Below are positions 43,840-55,300 of a stretch of DNA of 64,000 bases, piece after piece (positions within the stretch are counted from its first letter, which is position 1; each line of letters starts with the position of its first letter). Source of the DNA: Leidyana gryllorum EB-2025a. Its lineage: Eukaryota; Protista; Apicomplexa. The position numbers and the translations under genes were made by a program. The stretch spans positions 62,001-126,000 of the forward strand of contig JBLWGC010000082.1 of the NCBI GenBank assembly GCA_048772705.1, given 5' to 3'. Under the pieces are notes generated by a model. It saw only the letters and a list, made by a program, of their open reading frames with translations. It did no database searches and was not told where the DNA came from.

Positions 43840-44988
43840 GAGTTTTCTTTTGAACGGGTGGAATTTTTGAGCCTTGGAGGTACGTCCAAAATACAGCTAG
43901 GAGAGAACTAGCTGTACGACTCGAGAATTCCCAATCTGGCCGTCAAGAGTCTCATCAACCACTCGAATGATTGGAAAATCGTTGTGAGTCGTTCTAGGAC
44001 TCGAAAATGATGTGGCAGGGAGCAGACCGTGGACAGGGGTTCGACCAGTTATTTGCTGATCACGATTCTGCCTGCGGTTAACTTCCTTTTTACATTACAG
44101 AGATCTGAAGTCGGATTTTTCAGCGGTCCAACCTGTATTTACTCGAAACCTCCACATAGGTTTCGAGTGGGCTGTGGTTAAAGCAGCATCGACATAGGAA
44201 GAAAGCGGACCTAAAATTTATCCTCGTCCCTGCTGCCGTCAAATGTTGTGGTTTCACGACAGGGGGGTTGATATCGAGGATGCGGTGGTGAAAGTCTCCG
44301 AGATGGTTGATAGATTCTTCCCTCTTCATCAGTTTTGACTTCTCGGAAGACGGTCGAAGTGTCATACAGCTCCGACTTTGAGGACCGTCACATTCACCAC
44401 CGGGGCGTGGATCACGATTATCCCGGAGAAAGTATCTGCTGCCACGCCAGAGTTGTTGAACTTTCTCCGGTCACCCTCATTTCTTGTCCGTTTTGGACCA
44501 CGATTTCTCGTACGCCCCGCTTGGTTGGCGGAGGATCTTGGACGACGTTTTGGGGAGGGCGGTGGGGTACTGCTCGGCCCTGCTGGAGGTTGACGGGGCT
44601 CTTCAGAGTCTGCGCGTGGAGCTGTAGAGGCGCGCAAGCTCCAGAGGAGGCCAGCCAGCCGCCAGACGAGGGCCACTGCCATCACAACCAGCCCTACAAG
44701 TGTCGTCACCTCTGAGTTTCCGATCTTGAACACCATGTCCATGGTGTTTCGGCTGCCTGCAAGATCCCAAGTCCACGACATCGTCATGTTGTTGAAAATG
44801 GTGTCTTCAAAGGACGATGTCGCCCCGTTTGATGTGTTTGTCGCAGTGGACGTCACGATGGGGCACCAAGCATCCACGAAGTAAAGGAATCCAACGGTCC
44901 AAAACAAGTACTTCATTGTGCACTGCAGATAAGAAATGAGCGCTTTGATAATGTTACATGCAACAACTGAAGTGAAGCATGATCCATT
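43840..44988 (+). repeat. Direct segmental duplication B, copy 1 (about 1.15 kb)
   Basis: Matches 45544-46693 at offset 1704/1705, with one 1-nt indel and a few substitutions. Confidence 0.95.
44362..44916 (-). CDS. Orphan type I membrane glycoprotein candidate (duplication B, copy 1)
   Basis: Signal peptide MKYLFWTVGFLYFVDA, short T/S-rich ectodomain with NTS/NMT sequons, TM LVGLVVMAVALVW..LLW, and a basic Pro/Arg tail. Confidence 0.6.
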   Translation of the reverse strand: MKYLFWTVGFLYFVDAWCPIVTSTATNTSNGATSSFEDTIFNNMTMSWTWDLAGSRNTMDMVFKIGNSEVTTLVGLVVMAVALVWRLAGLLWSLRASTAPRADSEEPRQPPAGPSSTPPPSPKRRPRSSANQAGRTRNRGPKRTRNEGDRRKFNNSGVAADTFSGIIVIHAPVVNVTVLKVGAV

Positions 44989-45125
44989 AGTCCAGATTTG
45001 TTGTCAGAGTGGCCAGTTCGGACACCAAACTCCATGGGTAATGATTGTAAGCGCGTCATCAGATGCACTCAAAATCTACCAGTCGGTGAGTGTGACTCCA
45101 GATTCGTTCTGGCGGATAGTCGCAC

Positions 45126-45224
45126 TTTGCCTGTCAGAACCAGTTCACAGAATATGCCTTGGTTTCCATTAGTAGTTTGCCTGTCAAAACCACTCCACAG
45201 AATATGCCGTGGTTTCCATTAGTA
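45126..45224 (+). repeat. 50-bp tandem repeat, 2 units
   Basis: tttgcctgtca.aacca.t.cacagaatatgcc.tggtttccattagta occurs twice. Confidence 0.85.
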
Positions 45225-45543
45225 ATGCTGGGTACTCAGACCAACAATGGCAAGGGCGACGGACCACAGGTGGTAAAGATTGGCCCACTCAAATCTGTTC
45301 TTGCGGCATTGAAGATCTGAATTATCTTTCAGATCCCTTGTGTCCGAGCGCACACACCGAGACACACAGAACGCAAACGCCATTAAAACATGGAAGACCC
45401 CACCCAGTTCGAGGGATCCTTGTGCAGCGTCTTCCATCACATAGTACACTGTTATCTACGAAGAGCACCCAGTTCCACAAACTTGTCAACCCGGCCTAAT
45501 AAAAACAAAGTGATGTTGCACGGTTCCCCTTCATACGAGGCTG

Positions 45544-46693
45544 GAGTTTTCTTTTGAACGGGTGGAATTTTTGAGCCTTGGAGGTACGTCCAAAATACAG
45601 CTAGGAGAGAACTAGCTGTACGACTCTGAGAATTCCCAATCTGGCCGTCAAGAGTCTCATCAACCACTCGAATGATTGGAAAATCGTTGTGAGTCGTTCT
45701 GGGACTCGAAAATGATGTGGCAGGGAGCAGACCGTGGACAGGGGTTCGACCAGTTATTTGCTGATCACGATTCTGCCTGCGGTTAACTTCCTTTTTACAT
45801 TACAGAGATCTGAAGTCGGATTTTTCAGCGGTCCAACCTGTATTTACTCGAAACCTCCACATAGGTTTCGAGTGGGCTGTGGTTAAAGCAGCATCGACAT
45901 AGGAAGAAAGCGGACCTAAAATTTATCCTCGTCCCTGCTGCCGTCAAATGTTGTGGTTTCACGACAGGGGGGTTGATATCGAGGATGCGGTGGTGAAAGT
46001 CTCCAAGATGGTTGATAGATTCTTCCCTCTTCATCAGTTTTGACTTCTCGGAAGACGGTCGAAGTGTCATACAGCTCCGACTTTGAGGACCGTCACATTC
46101 ACCACCGGGGCGTGGATCACGATTATCCCGGAGAAAGTATCTGCTGCCACGCCAGAGTTGTTGAACTTTCTCCGGTCACCCTCATTTCTTGTCCGTTTTG
46201 GACCACGATTTCTCGTACGCCCCGCTTGGTTGGCGGAGGATCTTGGACGACGTTTTGGGGAGGGCGGTGGGGTACTGCTCGGCCCTGCTGGAGGTTGACG
46301 GGGCTCTTCAGAGTCTGCGCGTGGAGCTGTAGAGGCGCGCAAGCTCCAGAGGAGGCCAGCCAGCCGCCAGACGAGGGCCACTGCCATCACAACCAGCCCT
46401 ACAAGTGTCGTCACCTCTGAGTTTCCGATCTTGAACACCATGTCCATGGTGTTTCGGCTGCCTGCAAGATCCCAAGTCCACGACATCGTCATGTTGTTGA
46501 AAATGGAGTCTTCAAAGGACGATGTCGCCCCGTTTGATGTGTTTGTCGCAGTGGACGTCACGATGGGGCACCAAGCATCCACGAAGTAAAGGAATCCAAC
46601 GGTCCAAAACAAGTACTTCATTGTGCACTGCAGATAAGAAATGAGCGCTTTGATAATGTTACATGCAACAACTGAAGTGAAGCATGATCCATT
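45544..46693 (+). repeat. Direct segmental duplication B, copy 2
   Basis: Near-identical to 43840-44988. Confidence 0.95.
46067..46621 (-). CDS. Orphan type I membrane glycoprotein candidate (duplication B, copy 2)
   Basis: Same 184-aa protein with a single T>S change (EDTIF vs EDSIF). Confidence 0.6.
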   Translation of the reverse strand: MKYLFWTVGFLYFVDAWCPIVTSTATNTSNGATSSFEDSIFNNMTMSWTWDLAGSRNTMDMVFKIGNSEVTTLVGLVVMAVALVWRLAGLLWSLRASTAPRADSEEPRQPPAGPSSTPPPSPKRRPRSSANQAGRTRNRGPKRTRNEGDRRKFNNSGVAADTFSGIIVIHAPVVNVTVLKVGAV

Positions 46694-47088
46694 CGTCCAT
46701 ATTAGCGTTGCTGAGGTGGGCTCCTTCGCCAGCGCTACGATCAATATTTGCCCAATGTTGCACCGGCCTTAGTATGGAGTTCACTTGTAGGTAGTAATTG
46801 GATCCTCAGCGCGGCTGATGATGTCAGTTCCAATCTGACCGTATACAATCGAATCGTAGCTTTTCATGGGTTAGCGTCCAACTGCCGTCGCAGGTGAGGG
46901 ACAGGGGAAAACGGGATGGCAAATCAATGATAATGACGTCCTGCGGTCGTGAAAACGAAGAAGCTCGCGTATATTGAAGGCTTAAACCGATCTTCAAACA
47001 ATGAACCCGAAGTGTAAATGCAGTGAAATGAATTGTCGACGACAGATGGAGTGATCACTACTCAACCCCAGAAAACAGCGTTTGAGTG

Positions 47089-49220
47089 TCACATATTTGG
47101 ATGTGAGGCTGGGGGGTCGCCAGTGGCGGTTTGGTCGCTCGTGTCGGTTGGATAATAACTTTTAGAGAGCTCCCTGACTGTGTGTCGGTCACTGTCAACC
47201 GGCCCGAAGTGTAGATTAGAGCTCGATATCAAAGCCGTTATTTCGCAATCCACCGCAAACACTTTCATACTGTAGGATGTGCAGTCAAAGCGACGGCTAA
47301 GAGTGCGTCTATCCTTCCTGATCACTCGAGGGAGGGTCACCCGATGGACTGATGATCATTTGGAGGGGGCGCGAATGGTCGTATTGCCGACTGACTCTGA
47401 AAAAGGTCAGCGATTCAATGATGGTTTGAGCCTGAAGGGAAGTTTGATTACTTCATTGGAATTTGGCACCACCCCCAACTGAGGGGAGTATGAATATAGC
47501 GAAGTGTTGCAGCGCGTGCATGAGAAGGCTTTTGTTGTCTGTACAAAGTGGGATCACTTTGGCGCTTTTTTGGCAGATGGGTGTATATCTATCTCTCCCC
47601 TTCTCTATCTCTAATAAGCCAATGATGTTTTTGATGAGTCGGAGGGTATAACAGCTATGGATGAGTCCATCTCGTCTGGACCAATGGTGAGATTGGCCAG
47701 GTCCAGTCTCGAACAAACGGACCCTCGGCGGGGGACTTGTTGTTTTCGAATGGAGGTCACATGGAGTTCCCAACTGCAGGCTTCATAAAAGTCCTCCGTG
47801 CGCTGGCTTTCCTCATTGTAGGGAGTGGCGACGAGTGACTGACGGCTGGCCGGGTCGTACACAGCTGTTGTGTACACAGCCACAGAGTCGTCGACAGTGG
47901 TGACTGACATGGCCGCTGAGATTCTCGTCAGGGGGGGCGGCGAGGGCTCTTCCCACGGCTGAACGAGATGGGGGTTCGTCGAGGCCAGGGTAACGACGTC
48001 GATTGTCTATGTGAGGGACGGGATGTGTGTGATGTGGCGACGGACTCACCTGTATAAGTGGTACCGGAGCTGAGCAACCGAATCTGGGCTGGCAGGCGAC
48101 GTAGAGGAGACCGTTGGTGACGGTTGCCTCGCCTGTATATCCAGGTTCCCACCAGACGTCATTTATGATGCAATCGTAACCCATAAGTTGTTGAGATGCT
48201 GAGGGGCGCGTGAGTGTTTCCAGCGGATATGGAGACTCACTTAAGGATTTGAGGGGAGCTTCAAGTCGTCGCTTATCCCACAGAGTCACTACCGCATTTT
48301 GGCGATCCAAGGTCTGCAAAAGTAATCCACATCTTTGCCGTGGGAGCGATAGTGTGAAGACGACTTACACAAATGAGCTCAGGGTGTAAGAATGGGTCTG
48401 AGATAATCTTTGTTGGCCGTAAGTGTGTGGCGGTCCAGGATTCCGATTGCTTTGGTTGAGACGCTCGAATGTCGATCAGTGTCAATCGGTCATTGTCACT
48501 CCGTGTTGCTACTATTTGATGACTATTGATAAACTTGGCGTAAGTGTGGTTGAGATTGGTGGGACATTGCTGTAACACAGTACAGCACGCTGGCATCGAC
48601 GAGCCCCGCTGAGGCACCATCACAACTTCCCGCGAGTTTGAATACTGCTGAGTATTCGATTGTCTCCGGGCCGAGGAACCGAAAAGTCGAGCGAGAAAGC
48701 CTCTCGGCTCTCCACTCTCCGCTTGCAGAGTATTGTTGAGTCTCTCAACGGGGTATATACACAATTGACCGTTCTTTTGACAGGTCAGAATGGACTCTGG
48801 CTTGTACTCTGACCATTCAGCGTGCAAGAAACTCCAGGCTGGCCTCTTGGAACTCGGCACCGGGGCACTTGAGGGGGGAGGAACCACATACGAAATAACA
48901 TTTCCGTCTCTCCAAATGGTCAGCGCCTCGCCGGCCACCAGCAGCGTGTCTTGATAACGATGCACCTTCGTAGCGGCAAATTGCACCGTGGCGGGGGGGA
49001 AGCGCGTTGGGATAGAATATAACGGTGTGATAGACACCTCGCCGCGGCCCTCATCGTCCGGACTGATGAGTTTCGAAGCCTCAACTTGAACTACATCGAT
49101 AGGAGTCTCGGATTGGAGACTGAGAGAAACAGTCGCGAGCCGAAACTTGTTCGGATTGGAGAGAGCCGGAGTGCTCAATTGATAAATGGGCAACGCTGTC
49201 TGCTGAGAGACCGTCTGCAT
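47089..49220 (-). CDS. Divergent WD40 protein, DCAF7/WDR68/AN11-like (multi-exon; 3' end uncertain)
   Basis: PIYQLS..KFRLATVS, FPPATVQF, DTLLVAGEALTIW, FLHAEWSEYKPESILT and INDVWWEP follow the DCAF7 motif order (FRLA, YPxTK, DLLATSGDYLRIW, LTSFDWN..P, VNGIAWAP). Confidence 0.5.
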
Positions 49221-49316
49221 CTCTCTCTTTCTCGAGTTTTTTCTCCCCACACTGAAGAATAGTCAGTTAGTTGAATCAATCAACTTGGCTTATTGAGGTT
49301 GGACACATAAAACACA

Positions 49317-52300
49317 CTAACACTCACAACTCCATCTATTGCTCTTCCCTTTATCCTCAAAGAATGCGCGGACATTTTCGGTACACTGTTTGCTTCGCCG
49401 GTCACATTGCCACACATTGGACTCGAATTGATGATGCTTCCGAGCTGACCCAGGGACAGCCAATGCACTTTGTATGGGCTTCTCGTTGTTGTTCCCACGA
49501 GCCGTCACGGGCTGCGAACGACTCTGGGGAGCGTTGTTATTACGACGACGTCGAGCCTTGGACGACGACGATGCCCCACGCTCAATCACCTTCGCCTCTG
49601 CTGCTGCACTCTTCTCGATCGCTGCAGCTACTGCTGCCGCCAACGGAGACGGCCTAATGGTATATGATGTGGTGCCACTCGCGGGATGCACCGTAGTGGT
49701 ACTAACAAAGGGGTCGGCTTTTGCAACGGCAGCATCAGCCCCGACGAGCGCGGTGCTTTGTTTGCCACCGGCACTCGCACTCGCACTCGCAGTCAGCGCG
49801 TTGGCAGTTGCGGCGGGCACCACAGCAGACGCAGAAGCTGCGACAGCCGAAGATTGTACCCACTGATGGGTCGCAGTACCGCCCGTCGTCGTAGATGAAA
49901 CCACCACCGGCGCTGCGACTTTCAGACGACCTAATTCCGCGGGCGACGATTGCACATAGGGAGAGGAGAAAACGGCTCCCGGATATTCCTGGTGACTGAC
50001 AGAGACCGTGCCAGGCGAGGGAGGAGGCGGTGGCAGGGCCAGGAGTGGTGCGGGTGGTAGAGGGGCTGGAGCGGTACCTGTCGGAGTGCCGGGTGACGGG
50101 GGAACAGTCGATGGCGTCGGCGGTGCAGGCAAGGCCAGCAGAGGGGGCGGCGGCGAGGTCGACGAGACATGTTGAGAAGCAGATGCTGCTGCTGGAGTCG
50201 GGGATGGGAGAGGTGTAGACACCGATGTCTGGGAATGTGATTGCCAGTGCGATTGCAGCGGCACCGAGGTCGATTGCAGCGGAACCGAGGTCGATTGCAG
50301 CGGAACCGAGGTCGATTGCAGCGGCACCGAGGTCGATGAGACTGGCAAAGGGGGAGCAGGGAGGGCCAGGAGAGGCCGCGGCCCGACCATTCCACCTCCC
50401 ACTGCGTGCGAAGACGAGGAAGTTGTGTAAGACGAGGACGCCGACGAAGTAGATGAGGACGAGGACTCTTCTGTTTCTTCTTCTTCGTCTCTGAGAGCGT
50501 GTTGGTTGTTCACGTATGGTACCGCTGGGGGTTGCTGATGGCTCATGGTCGGCGTCAAAAAGGTCACCATCGGAGCGATGGTCGTCGTCTTCACACTCGG
50601 TACCGGCTGTGAAGACTGGGTGAACGTGTGAAGGGGTGGAGGAGGAGATGCTACAATCCGTCGAGGGGGCAGCTCTGTCTGGGCGGCGTATTGCGTGTGT
50701 GCAGCCAGTGTTTGCGGTTGCGGTTGGGGTTGTGGCGGTAGTGGCAGCGGTTGTGATTGTGATTGTGCCCATGAAAGCTGGTGAGGGGGCATTGGTGGCG
50801 GTGGCGGTGATGGCGAAGGGATATGAGGCCTGAATGACACGTTGAAAGCATCGCTTCCAACTTGGGACCACCATCCTCCCTCAACTCCCCCAGGGGTGCT
50901 TCCAATCCAATGACTAGAGACCGGACCATTGAGGTCTCGGGAGCTATCAGCGGGGGTCGATGTCCACTCACTACCAGTCGAGCAATCGTTGGTTGTCCGA
51001 ATATCGGGGCCATTGTTCCACATTGCCTGGCCTGTTGAGAACTCCCGTTGGAGAACGCTCTCGTTAGCAGCCGGTGTCGCTGGTGGAACCCAACTGGACT
51101 GCGGATAGCTCGTCGTTGACGGTTGGGGTGCCACCACCGAGGCACTCCAGCCCTCCTCAAAGGTCGTCTGCGTGGTGCTGGCGGGAGCTGGAGCTGGTGA
51201 AGGCGATGGAGAGGGGGACAGAGTTGAAGAAGTCATCCAACTGTCAGTATACGATTGTGGCTGGGGAGCCGGCGGCGGTGATATCGACTGGTGCAGTTGT
51301 AATTGAGGCTGACTTTGATGAATCTGCGTTTGGCTTTGCTGCGATGTGGGATAAAAGTTGTAGTTGATACTCGAAGTAGGCGCGATGGCGGGAGCCATGG
51401 GGACCGGATTGCCCACGGGAACAGTGTAACTCGTGGGGGGCGGGAGTTCGTCTATAGTGGGAGGTCGCTGCAGCGACTGCGGTTCCCAATAGGAGATATT
51501 TTGCCATTGTTGGTCTTCGACATAGTGAACCTTGATGGGATGAATGATTGGCTCGTTCTCCTGCTGATCGTTTTCATCCATTTCGACGACTGCCGACGCC
51601 GCGGCGAGTCCGTAGGAAGGCGGGGGGCAGCTGGCGTTGTATGAGGAGTGCTCCAAGTGGAGTCCAGCAGCGGCAGAGTATGACGTCGCCCCTGGCTCGA
51701 CGGGCATCATGGCGTCCGAATCTCGCATCTCCATTTGAGTGGGATAAGTCATTGAGTTTGACGTTGAGATGGGAACGGAGAGGGGGATCGAATGATGGTC
51801 ACTCTCTCTGGTCTCCACTGTAGCGTAAGTGGTGGAAATGGGCACCGAGACGGGGACAGAGTGATAGTAGTAAGAGTCAGTCTCTTTCCCCTCACCACCA
51901 GCCTCATGAGTCATCGGGCCCGATGACGAGATTGGCATCGAGACAGTGACGGAATGGTCATTATCTTTGAGGTCCATCATTGGGTAGGAGAGGGCGCCTC
52001 CAGCGTAAGTGGGGATGGGTAAGGGCGATGGGTGTTCTGGTACTGAAGCCACTTGAGCCACTTCAAATTCTTCCTCGGTGTCTTCCGTGGTGGTTTCAAA
52101 GTCTGTTGCCTCCTCGCTCTCCTCGCCAACGGGCTCTGCCGTCTCCTGGTGTCCGATATTATCATCCACTTGAGACAAAATGACATCCTGAACTTGAGCG
52201 ACGTCGTGTGAGAAGTGACGCGCAGCCTCATTCTGCTGCCAGGTTTGATGAGAAGGATGAGTCACATTAGGCATTGGCTTGGGATCGGTGGTGTCATCAA

Positions 52301-55300
52301 TTGGAGGCAGGGCTGTGGCCTCAGCCATGGCATGTTCATCTTCTTGTGCTTGCTGGGCTTCGAGAGTTATCTCCAAGGCAGCAGGATTGATTATCTGCAT
52401 CTGACTCACTGTAGCCACCGGATTGATACTCTGCTGACGTTCGTGCGACGCCGACATCACGTGAGCGGAGGTCTCGGGGAAGTGGGGTCCAGTGCTTCGT
52501 TCTGACTCCAACCCGATAACCACTGCGATGAGATTCTCCACTCCTTGCCCACTCTCGTCGCCTTCCGTCTCGTGCCCTCTTCTGTCCTCCGCGGGCGGCT
52601 GTTGTTGGTGGTGGTGGGGGTGGGGGTGTTGTTGTAACTGGTGGTGTCTCTCGTCCTCCAATCGACTGTCGTCATGGCGGTGGTGATCTCGAGCGTCCTC
52701 GTCGTCCTCCTCCATCATGTCCTCTCGGTCTTGATCACCATGTCTGTCGTAATGCAGGTGGTGTTGCAGCTGTGCGTGATAGGCTGCCATGGACTCGGAG
52801 GTATAGGCCGAGGAGTCTGCCAGATTCTCGTCTGTGGCGGGTGGCATATCGCTGAGTGCATTCTCAACCTTATATCGGGAGACAGTGTGAGGATACTGAT
52901 GTTCTGTATCGACGTGGTGATCATCGTCATCGATCTCCTCGTCGGTGGTCTCCCGAGGCGTCAAGCCCGGTACCTTGGCACGTAGAATACTGAGGATTTG
53001 TAACCCGGTCAACTGTTGTTCACTCTCTTTGTTACGAGGCAGCTTGGACGTATCGACCTCTTCATAACTTTCCGCTTCTGGGGGTCCCGAGAAGCTTCGA
53101 TCTTCATCGGGCGGCGAGTAAGCAATGTCTCGGCCTTCGCTTTCCGTTGCAGTGTCTTCATATTGCGGGCCGCTTGCGGTGCCGTGGTACCCTTCAGTGG
53201 AAACGATACCGTCCACCACCACTGTCTGTGGACTCGAAGGAGACACGATGACGGTAGTCTCCTCCGGGTACATCTGTAACTCATTCATACTACCAGCAGG
53301 AGCCAAGGATTCGCTCACATATTCAGAGCTCGTCATCCGCCGATCGTCCTCCTCCAACCCCGTCGTATTACCAGTACCCATCATATCATCCTCATTGAGC
53401 TCTTCTACTATTATGTCCGTCACAGGAGACACAACTGACGACACCTCTTCGTCATCTACTCCGTCTTCTTCTACCACTGCCTCCGGGATATTGGCTTCGG
53501 CAACATGCTCAGCGCTCCGTGTGGGAGACGTCAACGACTCGGTCACCGCCAATGCTGACGACGTCGACTGTGTCAAATCAGGGGGACGCGGGGTGCCTTC
53601 ATCCATACTAGGCTGGTCGGGCGATGATGTCGCCGCGTCACGAATTGTGGGCAGTGGTGAAGAATATTCCAACGATGACGACTCGCTCACAGCGTTCCGC
53701 GGAAGGACTTTCGCAGTGCGCCCGGACGGCATCGGAGACAAACTTGCTCCCGTTACTGATGCGGTCTCCACTAAGGAAGGGATTGGATTCGCTGGACGCG
53801 GAGACGCTTCCTCCAAGGGTCTCATGCTCTCAAAATCATCCACTGAACGCGAAGAAGACGATGAGGACTCCTCAGTCCCTTCTCTATCATCTGGCGAAGC
53901 AACAGTTTCCTCCACCATCTGTCCAGTAGTTTCCACCGCACCTCCCGCCGGCGGTGCCGTCTCCTCGACACTGCGAGGAGGAGCACTCGCTGTTTCCCGC
54001 TCCCTCGTCTCTTCCGGCGCTGCTACCACCTCCTCCGAACCCTTCTCCACAACCTCTTCCACCAAAACTCTCGCCGATTCTTCTGCCTTCTCCGGAGTCC
54101 TCACAGACTCAACGGCGTCTACGGGTGCTCTCGCAGACTCTACAGCTTCACTGCGACTGTCTCCAGAACCCGTCACTTCCGCCATCATCTCTATCATTGC
54201 CTTTCTGTCATTCGAACCCTCAACACCATCACCATCGCTCTCTTCTCCATCTTCAAGAACTCTTTCCGCGCTACTTTTCTTACGCTCCTCGGCCGTCTCC
54301 ACGGCCGTCTCCGCGGCCGTCTCCGCGGCCAAACCCGCAGTGACCTCTGTGGCTTCGATCAGCTCCGCGGCCTTTTCCTCGACGGGCTCTGTCTGACCTT
54401 CTTGTGTTGTTGGCGTGGCGTCCACCACAGTCGGTGCCATGTCTTCTGAGATACCGGATTCGGGGGTGACTTGAGGTCTCTCCTCAGCAGCCGCTGGTGG
54501 AGATTCCGCCTTTGTCGCGCTCACATCGGCCTGTGGGGGCGCTTCTGCTGACTCTTCTTGTTGCACGACAGGCGTCTCCGCTTCAGCCGCCACTGGAGTC
54601 GGCGCAGGGAGTTCAGCCGAACTTTGCTCCGAACTTTGCTCCGAACTTTGCTGCTCAACAACCTTCTTTTCAGCCTCAGGCGGACTCGGAAGAGACTCTT
54701 CACTGCCGTGTGGGAGTGTTTCGATTGCAGTTTGGCCTTCGACTTCTTTGTGTGCGAGGTGGTCGTCGTGTGGCGGTGATGTGATTGGCGTCTCGTGTGT
54801 CGGCGGTACGTCGACTTTTTTCTCCGAGGGTTCGGGTTTGGGTGACTTTTCAGTGGCATTGAGAGTCGTCTCTTTCACAGTGGAGGCGGGCTGAACAAGT
54901 TTGGGCTCCTCATCGAGAGGGGGGGCGGCGCCGAGGGGCTCTGCAATAACTGGAGTTTCCTCAACGGCAGGTGTGACGAGTGTGGCGGGGGGGGTGTCCC
55001 CCTCGGCGGACACAGGGGATCCTTCTCGCGCTGGTGAGTCTTCGGTGGTGGTGCCAGACGGGGTCGGGGGAGTTTCGTCCAGTGGGGGAGGGATTTGATG
55101 AGTGTCTTCGCCAACCATGGGCGTGGCGCGGCTTTTGTCCTCGGTAAGGGATTTTTGGTCCTCTTGTTCTTTATCAACTGGGCCGACTTCAATGTTTGGT
55201 GGAGCTATCCTATCATCATCATCTTGGGGTTCAAGTTCGTGGTCCGATATTTTGGGTGGGGGGCCACTGGGTACCGAGCGATGTACGGGTGTGGATAAGT

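Noticed and set aside
45126-45224. Possible CRISPR-like repeat
   Set aside because: Two adjacent 50-bp units with no spacer and no cas genes, in a eukaryotic context.
46810-46845. TGATGA...CTGA possible C/D snoRNA boxes
   Set aside because: Boxes are too close together, with no terminal stem or identifiable guide.
38430-47088. Autonomous transposon or LTR retroelement explaining the direct repeats
   Set aside because: No RT, integrase or transposase motifs. Spacers are only about 0.55-0.75 kb, and no TG..CA termini or target-site duplications were recognised.
53125-54396. 423-aa Ser-rich + strand ORF and other ORFs overlapping the giant protein
   Set aside because: Antisense shadow of the Glu-rich coding sequence.
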